In this document: positions 12,986 through 23,751 of the stretch, piece after piece | How positions within the stretch are numbered: the first letter of the stretch is position 1 | Layout: each line of letters opens with the position of its first letter | Source: Geosiphon pyriformis uo1 | Lineage: Eukaryota; Fungi; Glomeromycota | Direction: 5' to 3' | DNA length: 64,000 nt | Assembly: GCA_016748015.1 (NCBI GenBank) | Contig: JAAOMT010000659.1 | Span: 124,001-188,000, forward strand | Made by a program: the position numbers and the translations under genes | Notes under the pieces: generated by a model | The model's database searches: none | What the model saw: only the letters and a program-made list of their open reading frames with translations | Told to the model about the DNA's origin: nothing

Positions 12986-14002
12986 TGTTACCTAAGTAGA
13001 AAAACCAATCCAAAGTTATAAAAAAATGTGACCAAAACAAAACATAACACAGAATAGCATACAATAATGTTAAATAATACATTATAATTGAGAATAATAT
13101 AGAATAATGTGTTATAACATGGGATAACACAGAATAATATGTAATAATACCAGATAACGTATTATAACATAGGATAACTAGTACTAATGTAAAAAAATGA
13201 AGCAATTATAGAAATAGCAAAGCAATAGTTAGCAATAATAGAACAATTAAAAAGCAATCCTGTAAAACCAAAAGAATGTATAAAAATAAGTAGTTGAAGA
13301 AAATAAAAAGACATCTAGATACAAACCACTAAACAAAAATCAAATATTTATATCTTTTTATCATTTATTCTATTCTATATTCATCTTCTGAAATAAATCA
13401 ATTATTAAGAAATTGGAATCACGAATTTATGTTCTTAAACTTTGTAGAATTTACATAAATTAACTATTGTTTCGTACCTTCATTTCAGAACAAATGCTCT
13501 TAGCATAACCACTTCAAACTATTAATAATTTGGACTAATTGCTTTTGATTATGGTGATTGATGATACTAATTTATCTTTTTTTTTATTTTTTTTTTATTT
13601 TCTTTCTTCTTCTTTTGTGGAGCAACAACATAGTAAAATCGACTGTCTGGAAATAGACTTTGTAATAGCCTGGTAAAAGAGGGAAGCTCTCCCTAAGTTT
13701 TGGATATTAATATTATCTTGTTAGCTTACCAGAAAGACAAAAAGACAATGTTAGACCCTAACAACTGTACTTGTTAGCTTGAAGAAGATAGCTCATATTT
13801 ATAAGAAGTTGTAAACAGTAAATGCCAAACCTCTGTGTCTTATAACCAAAGAACTTAATGGGTAAAATCACCACCAGTATATAAGACTTTCAGAAACTGA
13901 TAAGCAAGACTAAGCTGGCAGAATTACACAAAAAATGTATTACCAATAATTGAGAGCACTAAACATTACTATTATCCTACTGCACTAAGTTTACCCATAA
14001 TA
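12986..14002 (+). repeat. Gypsy B 5' LTR (1017 bp)
   Basis: Termini TGTTA...TAATA; direct repeat of 23114-24137. Confidence 0.95.
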
Positions 14003-14004
14003 TT

Positions 14005-14020
14005 TGGTGCTCTCTGTGAA
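14005..14020 (+). promoter_or_regulatory. Gypsy B primer binding site (tRNA-Ile(UAU)-like)
   Basis: TGGTGCTCTCTGTGAA lies 2 nt after the LTR. TGGTGCTC is complementary to the ...GAGCA-CCA 3' end of eukaryotic tRNA-Ile(UAU); the tRNA assignment is an inference. Confidence 0.7.
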
Positions 14021-14099
14021 ATTATAAATTCACAGAAACAGAACACCCTAGAAATTCACAAAAGTGATAACTATTGAAACAGTAAGAAAAAACCACTCC

Positions 14100-15900
14100 C
14101 CATACAGAAGAAACTACTTATGCAGAAAATAATTTTTGTAACTATATTAACACTAAAATTGACTGCTTGTTAAACTGCACAACCAATACAAAAAAACTTG
14201 AAAAACAAATCTATCAAAACTTATTAGAGTATTTAACAATTATAATTACTCAAGCAATTGCTAAAACTCTGCACATAATCAATATAAACATTAAATATTA
14301 TGTGACAAAACAATTTTATCAAGTACCACAACTAGTGGAATCTGATCCTGAGGAATACAAGGATGGATCCAATAAACCTACAACTGCTCAAGCCAAGTTT
14401 ATAATCAACAAAAAACCAAGATTCCTCTTCTTAACAACTTTATCATATCATTAGACACCAAAGAGTAGAATTTTCTTTAACCCAAGCATAGAAACCCAGT
14501 TGAACACACCACAAACTTCTTGAAATCAGCACCCATGGAAACACAACAGTTGGACCAAATCCCTAAGAGAATATGAATTATTATTCAGGAATTTCACTTT
14601 AACAATCAATAAAATGGACAGAAATATGTCAACATAGGAACCACCACCAACCCAACTCTTGACCAAATTATCAACTATCCCTTCTGAAGAAACAGCTATC
14701 TTCCAGCCTATTGAGAAAATTAACAAAGGAAAACAACCAGAATTAGCATCAAGAGAACTTCTTAGCATGCAAACACCAAACTTCTCAGCATTAGACAGTA
14801 AGACTCCATTTACTTATCAGATCATGGCTTACTGAGATATTGCCAAGTTAAAAAAATTCTTTAGCAAAGAAAACAATGCATACTTGTAAATTGTGGAAGC
14901 TAAGAAAGCAATTACTGTCAACAACTGAGATAATGACAAAGCTATTCAAGCACTGCTATTCTTTTTGACCAGAACCACAGACTTGTGATACCAAAACTTG
15001 ATAGAGAAACCAACCAACTTTGCTGTCTTTAAACTTGCCTTTCTATGATACTTTTGTGATCTCAATATTCTTATCAGATTATAGAATCAATTTAACATAA
15101 TAAAACAAAAAGATCATGAAGCAGTAACTACTTATCTTGGATGATTTAACCAAGTTCTTTGTCAAATACTGGCAATTGAAAAGGACTATTACACCACAAT
15201 GCAAGTTTTTAATCAATTTGTTAAGGAACTAAGAAACAGTCTCTTAAGATCTATAAGACCCTAACATCTGACAAATCTATCAGATGCCATCATTCTTGCT
15301 CACAATTTTGAATCAGCAGAACAAGAAGCCAACTTTACCCAAGCTGTTAATTTAACCATCAATGGAACCATAGACATTGATGCAAAGATAACCTAATTAA
15401 GTGAGAAATTAATCCAGAAAATTGAGAGATTCTTAACCAGTACCACAGGAACTTATTAATCACCCCAACAAAAAAACAATAACAGCAATAGGTATCTCCA
15501 ACAACAGAAATGTCAGTAACAACAACAACAACAATCTTGGAAATCTGATCCTCATAATTGCTATTATTGCCAGAAACCTGAACATATTGCTCAGGATTGC
15601 TGACAAAAATTAACAGATCAGAATTGAGGAACTCAATACCAACATTCAAGGTATTTTCAGACAATAGAACCCTAATACTCCATGTTCTAGTATCTACTGT
15701 TCCAATATGTACAACCAATTATGTATATTCAACAATTGCCTCAGAACTACTATCAACCATCACAGCCAATGATTCAAGTAGCACCACAGTATCAAAACTT
15801 CATTTATAATTCACCTAAACCTTGTACAATTAATTACAACCAAGAATAAAGGAACCTCAGCAATAATTAAATACAAACTAGCAGTGGACTATCATGACTC
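14100..15900 (+). pseudogene. Gypsy B gag
   Basis: Capsid segment from 14824 (MAY*DIAKLKKF...IKQKDHEAVTTYLG*F...QFVKELR). Zinc knuckle CYYCQKPEHIAQDC at 15559-15600. Boundaries are approximate. Confidence 0.85.
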
Positions 15901-16189
15901 CTCAATTGAGATAATGTCCCATTTTAACTAGCACTAACTGAATACTCGAATCAAGTCTCATATTTTGGTCTTACTGAAAACCAAGATTTTTTTAGCTCTA
16001 CATTTTTAGAAGAGAAGGATGTAGGAGAAATACTCAACTTTTTAAGTCAGAATCAAATCAACTATACTGTTTTACTAGCCACTATTACTGAAAACACTAC
16101 TCTGACCACTATATTCTCCTTTGACATTGACCATTTGAACACCAATAGCCTTTTTAGTAGAACTGCCATTAATTAGAATAAACCAATAA

Positions 16190-16570
16190 CTGCTCTGTAT
16201 ACTGACACTAGAATTGGAAACATAGACATCAAATTAATTCTCAATAGTCAATTAGCAGGTAGTATAATCACAAAGCAACTTATAGATCAACTAGGTTGCC
16301 AAATAGACTGTGCAGCTACTGCATGAATTATAATCACAGATGAAAATACCAAAACCCCAATAGAAGAAATTGACAACTTTTCTTTTAAAATCAACGGAAT
16401 CTAAATCCCCACCAAAGTGCTTATTATGAAGGCCACCTAATATCAAGTCCTTATAGAAAATAATTGGTTAACCAAAGCTAATGTCATTATTAACTAGAAC
16501 ATGCAGAAACTACAGATCATTTTTAATGGACAACACACATGAATTCTGATTATATGTATATACTTTAAAG
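16190..16570 (+). pseudogene. Gypsy B aspartic protease
   Basis: IKLILNSQLAGSIITKQ (decayed LDSG) ... YQVLIENNWL (decayed hydrophobic-hydrophobic-G-N-D-W-L motif). Confidence 0.8.
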
Positions 16571-16797
16571 CTCAAAGCCCAGAAAAACCACTAATTGAAT
16601 TTGAAAACTCAATACCACTACCAACAATAGAGGCCTATTAAGTTTTTTGGGCTGATGATTACCAAACAGAGTTATCTTCACCACCAACTTAAGAAAAAAA
16701 AGGCAAAGAAAAAGCAGAAAAAGAACTACAATCAATACTTGTAGATTATCTTGTCCTAAATTAAAGAAATCAATAGTATCAAATCCTAAAATTAACT

Positions 16798-17410
16798 TGT
16801 GTTGACTGTGAGAAAAAGTTATCTTTTATGGGTGCATGTATTAAAGATAACAAAGAATGGCCAACTACCACCAAACATTACTGCAGATCTTGTGTATTAA
16901 AAAGATTTGACAAACCAAAATAACAAGACAAATGAGACAATATACTATGCCTTGCTTGTAATGAAATTCTGCCAGAGAAAAGACTATAAAACAATGTTCC
17001 TGGCAGAGAAAAAACATACAACAAAGTATGTCAATACATTATCTTGATCAATAATTGGGTGTAAAAAAGAACACTAATCAAAAACACTTGCAAATAAGCA
17101 CTTAGTAGATTGAACAGTATCTACATGATGAACATGAAATATGGAGAATGGCAAGTGCCAAAGCTGAAGGTGCCACACTCGGTGAAATACAAAAAATCAA
17201 AAAAAATTCATTTACACCAGAATACAATAGATCTAACTACATTATAGAAGATTTTTTTATAGATAACCTAGACGTATTTTAAGATTGATACCAGAAATTG
17301 GCTCTGACCTAAGAAGAACAAAAACAGTAGTTAGCTGACCTAAACATGAAACTGTGCAATCATTGTTTGATTCTTTGTTACTTTCAGTACTGCAATAAAT
17401 GCAATTTTAT
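16798..17410 (+). pseudogene. Cys-rich (multi-CxxC) domain of unknown function within Gypsy B pol
   Basis: CVDC (16798), CRSC (16882), CLAC (16948), and CNHC...C...CNKC (about 17355-17402), lying between the protease and the dUTPase. Confidence 0.65.
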
Positions 17411-17599
17411 GTTCAACCCACCTTCAAGAAAACTATATCTGATCACTAAACTACTTAAGCTTAAGGTAGAAGAGAAATTAATTACTGAGAACATATTATT
17501 TCAAGATCCAATTAAAGATACCAAAACAGAATAGTATTTCACTTATCCAGATTTCTCCAAAAAATTAGAATTAAAATGGTACAGTAACAATGAAAAAAA

Positions 17600-17995
17600 A
17601 ATCTGCTTTAAAAAAGCACATAATACTGATGCTGGTTTTGACTTACAATACTTTGGACAATCACCTATAGTGATAACCCTATATTTTTTTGTAAGAATAA
17701 ATCTTAAGATAGCATTAGAAATTTCTGTTAATACAATGATACAAGTTGCCTCTTAATCTAGTCTAGCCAAGAAAAAAATCAATATAAAGGAAGAAATTAT
17801 TGATGTCAGTTATACAGAAAACATTATCATAATGCTACAGAACAATTCAGACAAACTCTACAAAATATAATCACAAAAAAAAATTGTTCAAGCTATCTTC
17901 CTACCCTTAGTCAAAATATTCCAATTAACTCTGGTAACAACCTGAAAAAAATTAGGTCTTACTGCTTGAAGAATCAACAGGTTTGGATCGAGTGA
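17600..17995 (+). pseudogene. Trimeric dUTPase domain within Gypsy B pol
   Basis: All five motifs appear in order in one frame: DAGFDL, S*SSLA (RSSLA), EEIIDVSYTEN (GGIIDAGYTGN), KIVQAI, and A*RINRFGSS (RG..GFGS). Confidence 0.9.
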
Positions 17996-18479
17996 AAAAG
18001 GAAATGTATCAGTCAACTTTATGAAGAAAGACAGTAATTAGATAGAACTTATCTACACTAACACAGTTATCTCTATCCCTCTATACAGACAATATATCCT
18101 TAAAGTAGATTAAAAAATCCAAAATTGAGTCTTAGTATTTGAAGCCAATCCTAAAATCTGTTCTTTAACCAATATTGCTAACCTATACCTATCTGTAAAG
18201 ACTCACAAATATTTAAAAATCCCTATCTACAATCTTACCAAGGATGTCATCAAAATTCTAAAAGGAACTCTTGTTTGCTCTATTATATCAGACATACTAA
18301 ACCCAGAAAAACCCCAGCCCATTCCAGATTTTGCACAATTGTTTTTATTTTGCGATATCACTTTATAAGTATGGAATTAACTAAAAAAAAGTTACTTGTT
18401 TATGCCAAAAGAAATCAATAAATTGAATCTAGAGAACTTAAGTACTCTGCAGTAAATGCAACTCAAGATTCTCTTGAAT

Positions 18480-19822
18480 CAATACACTGATGTTTTTGCC
18501 AGCAAAAATGAGTTCGGATGTACTAACATTATGAAGCATCAGATTGATACAGAAGATGCTTGACTTATTAAACAACAGGCTTATTAAGTACTCCCAATTG
18601 GCAGCAATTTTATCAAGCAAAAAGTTTAATAAATGCTTGACAATAGCTTAATCAAGGAATTATTAAGCCCTTGGTTCTCTCTAGTAGTCTTGATTACTAA
18701 GAAAAATGGAAAAATACAATTCTGCGTGGATTACCAAATATTAAATAGCATCACCAGAAAAAATAGTTATGCCACTTTCCTCATCCAAAAAATCCTGGAC
18801 AATCTAGAAAAAAAAAATAGTTTTTATTATTAAACCTAGCCAGTAAATATTGACAGAGCAAAATGAATTTCAAAGATAAAGTAAAAATAGTATTTACCAT
18901 TCAAGATAGAAACTTTGAGTTCAATATAATGCTTTTTGGACTTTGCAATGCTTCTGCCATGTTCCAATACTTTATGAATGTTGTGTACAAAGGAATTCTT
19001 TGGAAATCAGTCATAGTTTACTTAGACAACACAAACATGTTCTCTGAAATGTTCAATGATTATCTACTTTACCTTCAACAAGTCTTCAAATGTCTTTAAA
19101 ATACCAGATTAAAACTCAATCTCAAGAAATATTTCTTTGAGAAAACTGAGTTGAAATTCTTAGAACACATGATCAGCAAAAATGGAGTCAAACCTAATCT
19201 GAACAAGGTCCAAAAAGTTAAAAATTTTCCAGCTCCAATCAATCTCAGAGAATTACAAAGATTTTTAGGATTGGCAGAATACTATCAATGATTTGTCAAA
19301 GGATTCTTGACTATTACAAAACCACTTCATCAGTTGTTGTTTAAACATGTACAGTACTTATAGAAAAAAGACCAACAGAAAGCATTTGACTATCTCAAAC
19401 AGCAATTAATCACATTCCCAATTCTGATTTACTCAGATTTCACTAAATGATTTATTGTTACTACAGACACCTTAAAAAATGCTCTAGGAACAGTCTTATC
19501 ACAAATAAAACTGAACAATAGAGAACATTCAATTGTCTATGCCAATTACAATACTAGCCCAATAGAAAAAAATTACAGCACAACAGATCTGAAATGTCTC
19601 ACTATTTATTGAGCCATACAGACATAAAAATATTACCTCAGTTTGTTCTTTGATCTATATACTGATCATAAAGGACTTTTTTGGTTATTCAACAATCCAC
19701 AACTAGAGAGAAAATATGCAAGATGAAGTACTTATCTGCAACAATTTCCACTTAAAGTTCATTACAAAGAAGGATCCAAAAACACCAATGCCAATGGTTT
19801 GTCAAGGATGCCACAAACCTAA
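18480..19822 (+). pseudogene. Gypsy B reverse transcriptase and RNase H
   Basis: RT motifs SPWFSLVVLI.KKNGK..FCVDY, MLFGLCNASAMFQ, YLDN (19019-19030, decayed YLDD), and LQRFLGLAEYY. RNase H motifs TTDT...LGTVLSQ, YTDH, and NANGLSR. Confidence 0.92.
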
Positions 19823-19832
19823 TTTCAGACCC

Positions 19833-21200
19833 ATGGACACAACCAATTATTATCAACTACATTAATACCTATTGACACTACATTTCAAGAAGATATTATC
19901 TTAACAGGAACAGAATACTATATGAAAACAAGCCCAAAATTATTTTATTTAAGACAATCAACTATATTGATGAGAACAACAAAACCACTCCATCCCATAA
20001 TGAGTTATTAAAAACAATAAAAAGAATACTATATTATACAGTATATATTTTGATTCAACCACAGAACATTTTAACAAAAATACTACCCTTAAAAAAACTC
20101 TAAATCTATACTATTGGCCAATAATGTACAAAGACATTTTCGAATACATATTTAATTGTAACTCATGTTAGTAAAGAGGAAGAGCCAGAACAATAGAACC
20201 ACTTAAACTCATTCCAGTTGGAAATCTATTTGATAGAATTGGAATTGATTTGGTTGGTTTTTTCTTTATAACATTCAAAAAAAAATTATTATATTACTGT
20301 AGTCATAAATTATTTGATAAAATAGCCAGAAGCCAAAGCCATTCAAGTAACAGACACTAAAACAATAACTGAGTTTGTACACTAAGATCTGATTTGCAGA
20401 CATAGATGTCTGAAAGAACTGCTATCCGATCAAAAAACACATTTTGTCAATAATACATTAACCAAATTAAGTTAACAGTTTAAAATAAAATGTCCTTTAT
20501 TGTTATTATATCACTCACAAATAAATGGATTGATAGAACAATTTAACCAAACACTGTGTAAAGCACTAGCAAAAATAAGTCATAAAAACAAACAAAAATA
20601 AGACTTATTTATATTTTCTGTACTCTTTGCATACTGAACACTGAAACAAGATATGACTTAGTTTACACTATTCAAATTAGTTTATAGAAGAAAAGCCACT
20701 CTACTTTTTGAAAAAAAAATACAGTTATACTCAACAAAAACTATCACTGAAGAGAATTTTGAAGTGATCTTACACCATAAGATATACCAGCTCATAGAAA
20801 TATTAGAAAATAATTGTAGAACAGCAGCTGATAACATTAGTAATACTCAGAAACTACAAAAAAAAAGACATGATAAACATCTATCTGAACAACCAATGGA
20901 ATTTAAGATTGGAGACCAAGTACTATTATATCATACAAAAGCTGAGAAACAATAGAGTAGAAAGTTTGACCAAAAGTAGGATGATCTATTTCATGTACAC
21001 AAAATTTTGGGCAATAGAGCTTATAAATTACAATTGGAAAATAGGATTCTAAAGAAAGTAGTGCATGGAAATCAGTTAAAAATTTATCATACAAAACAAG
21101 AATTATTATTATCAATATCTTAACTAGGAACACAAATTTCATTAATCAGATTAAAAGATATACCATAAGATCTGGAACCAATTATTGTCATTGTATTATA
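19833..21200 (+). pseudogene. Gypsy B integrase (no chromodomain)
   Basis: HHCC remnant (EHF...YYWP...CNSC), FDRIGIDLVG, LLSDQ, YHSQINGLIEQFNQTL, and a C-terminal FKIGDQVLL...VHGNQLK SH3/GPY-F-like module. Confidence 0.9.
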
Positions 21201-21206
21201 GACAAC

Positions 21207-21932
21207 ATGCAGCAAATTAAATTAGGGAATTCAATTATATATAGCATCTAAAAAACAGTAAGAAATAATAGAACTTTCAATATAGACTTGTCAGATCAAA
21301 TTTTACAACTCTCAAAACAACTATTTGATACAATTCAACAATTTTCTACTCAAATAGAAATGACAATTGATAGAAAAAAGATACAATGTAAAGATAAGAG
21401 CAGAAAAAAGAAGAGCAAAAGTTCAACTAAAACTAAATAGTCTCACCCCTATCCAATGTTTGAGAGGAGAAATTGGCAAAAAGCTTTCTCTTGGGTAGAA
21501 CTGGAAATAAAAGAAGTTTATAAAAGATACATGGTGTTACAAGTAAACTTGGTGGATATGAGAAATAGTAAAGTTTGGTGCTCTTAATTATTGATGATGT
21601 GTCTTCCACATAATTCTGTTGGCTTAATCTTGATTATCAATCTCTGAAGATCTATTTCTGGATGTGAATTTACCCATTAAGTTTTTTTGTTATAAGGCAC
21701 AGAGTTTGTTTTTTGTCAATTGCAATGTTTTCCGTAAATGTGAGCTTTCTTTTCTGAGCTAACAAGCGCAGTTGTTAAGGTTTAGCGTTGTCTTTTCACT
21801 CTTCTGATAAGCTAACAAGATAACGTTAATATCCAAAACTTAGGAGAAGCTTCCCTTTTTTACCAGGCTATCACGAAGTCTATTCCTAGACAGTTAATTT
21901 TACTATGTTGCCGCTCCATAAAAAAAAATAAG

Positions 21933-21998
<66 letters not shown>

Positions 21999-23096
21999 AA
22001 AAAAAAGATAAATTAGTATCATCAATTGCTATGATCAAGAGTGATTGGTCCAAATCATTGATTGTTCGAGGTGATTATGCTAAAAACATCTGTCCTAGAA
22101 CAAAGATACAAGACAAGAGTTAATTCACATAAATTCTATGAAGTTCGAAAACATGAATTCATGACTCTAATTTCTTTAATAATTGGTTTATTTTAGAAAA
22201 TAAAATAGGAAGGATAATAAATGATAAAGGAGTATGGATATTTAATTTTTGTCTAGAGGTTTGTATCTATCTGTTTGTCTGCCTTTTCTAACTTCTACAA
22301 CTACTTGCTTTTATACATTCTTTTGGTTTTACAGGATTGCTTTCAATTGTCTCACTATTGCTAGCTATTGCTTTTTTATTTCTGTTATTGCTTCGTTTTT
22401 TTACATTATTGCTAGTTGTCCTATAATATAACACGTTATCTAATGTTATTACATGTTATTTTGTGTTATCCTGCATTATAACACATTATCCTACATTATT
22501 GTGCACTATTCTGTGTTATTCTGTATTATAACATATTATCCTACATTATAACACATTATCCAATGTTATTGCACTATTCTGTGTTATGTCACGTTTTTTC
22601 ATAACTTTGAATCAGTTTTTCTACTCAGGTAACAATGGTTCCTGAGCTCAAAAAAATTAAAGAAGCTTTAGCTTGTAAGACTGAACTCCCTAAAACAGGG
22701 GAGTGAACACTAAACAACACTCAGGAATAAAAAAAAAAACTTCTGCCAGTATGTTGGTTCTACAAAATTGGTGAACAACTAAATTTAAAGACACTATATA
22801 AAGACCTCAGCCAGAAAAATTTTAGCAAAGAAGCAATACAACAAGTAAAAAAATTCATAGGAAAAAACAATCTGACTCTACATTACAAAGCAGCATATTA
22901 ACTATATGCCACTTTCTAATATTATTCAAACATATTGTTGTATGGATTTATAAAGACTATAACAGTTAACAATATAAGACAAATAACCAATTAACAGTTT
23001 AAAGACCTACAAAGAACAATATTTGATCCAACCATTGAACACTACATAAATGAAGCTATAATAACAGATACATATAATTTCATAGGAGCTCAATTT
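21207..23096 (+). pseudogene. Gypsy B ORF3 (about 260 codons, unknown function), split by the solo LTR
   Basis: ATG at 21207. The frame continues across the excised solo LTR (21207-21534 + 22639-23096) without frameshift; most stops are TAA/TGA explainable by C>T or G>A. Confidence 0.65.
21535..22634 (-). mobile_element. Inverted solo LTR of the Gypsy B family (1100 bp)
   Basis: Intact TGTTA...TAACA termini; perfect 4-bp TSD ATGG (21531-21534 / 22635-22638); reverse complement of the B LTRs; expanded A run at 21933-21996. Confidence 0.93.
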
Positions 23097-23097
23097 T

Positions 23098-23113
23098 AAA
23101 AAGAGAGAGATAA
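23098..23113 (+). promoter_or_regulatory. Gypsy B polypurine tract
   Basis: AAAAAGAGAGAGATAA lies immediately before the 3' LTR. Confidence 0.8.
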
Positions 23114-23716
23114 TATTACCTGAGTAGAAAAACCAATCCAAAGTTATGAAAAAACATGACCAAAACAGAACATAATACAAAATAGCATACAATAATATTG
23201 GATAACACATTATAATTGAGGATAACATAGGATAATATATTATAACATAGAATAACACAGAATAACATGTAATAACACCAAATAACATGTTATAACATAA
23301 AATAATTAGTACTAACATAGAAAAACGAAGCAATTACAGAAATAACAAAGCAATAGTTACCAATAATGGAACAATCAGAAAGCAATTCTATAAAACCAAA
23401 AGAATATATAAAAACGAGTAGTTGAGAAAAGTAGAAAAACATCTAGATATGAATTACTAAATAAGAATCAAATATCTATATCTTTTTATCATTTATTCTA
23501 TTTTATATTCATCTTCTAAAATAAATCAATTATTAAGAAATCAGAATTATGAATTTATGTTTTTGAACTTTGTGGAATTTATGTAAATTAATCATTGTTT
23601 TATACCTTTATTCCAGGACAGATGCTCTTAGTATAATCATCTTGAACTATTAACAATTTGGACCAATTACTCTTGATTACAGCAATTGACAATACTAATT
23701 TATTTTTTCTTTTATT

Positions 23717-23751
<35 letters not shown>

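Noticed and set aside
13036-13185. Regular repeat-variable-repeat pattern as a CRISPR-like array
   Set aside because: The units are only 10 nt, lie inside LTRs of a eukaryotic retroelement, and there are no cas genes.
12951-13205. Hydrophobic ORFs 12951-13205, 23007-23333 and 22249-22431 as membrane proteins or env
   Set aside because: They are antisense translations of the LTR tandem array and adjacent LTR sequence, and two of them cross LTR boundaries.
14100-21200. Alternative genetic code (TGA=Trp, endobacterial origin) to explain in-frame stops
   Set aside because: Stops include TAA and TAG at Trp, Gln and Arg positions along with missense transitions in catalytic motifs. This is mutation, not recoding.
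20900-21200. Chromodomain at the integrase C-terminus
   Set aside because: Only the SH3/GPY-F-like module is present; there is no YLVKW-type motif.
21920-22006. Long poly(A) as a retrocopy or LINE tail
   Set aside because: It corresponds to the T-rich tract present in all B-family LTRs, so it is a homopolymer expansion or a sequencing artefact.
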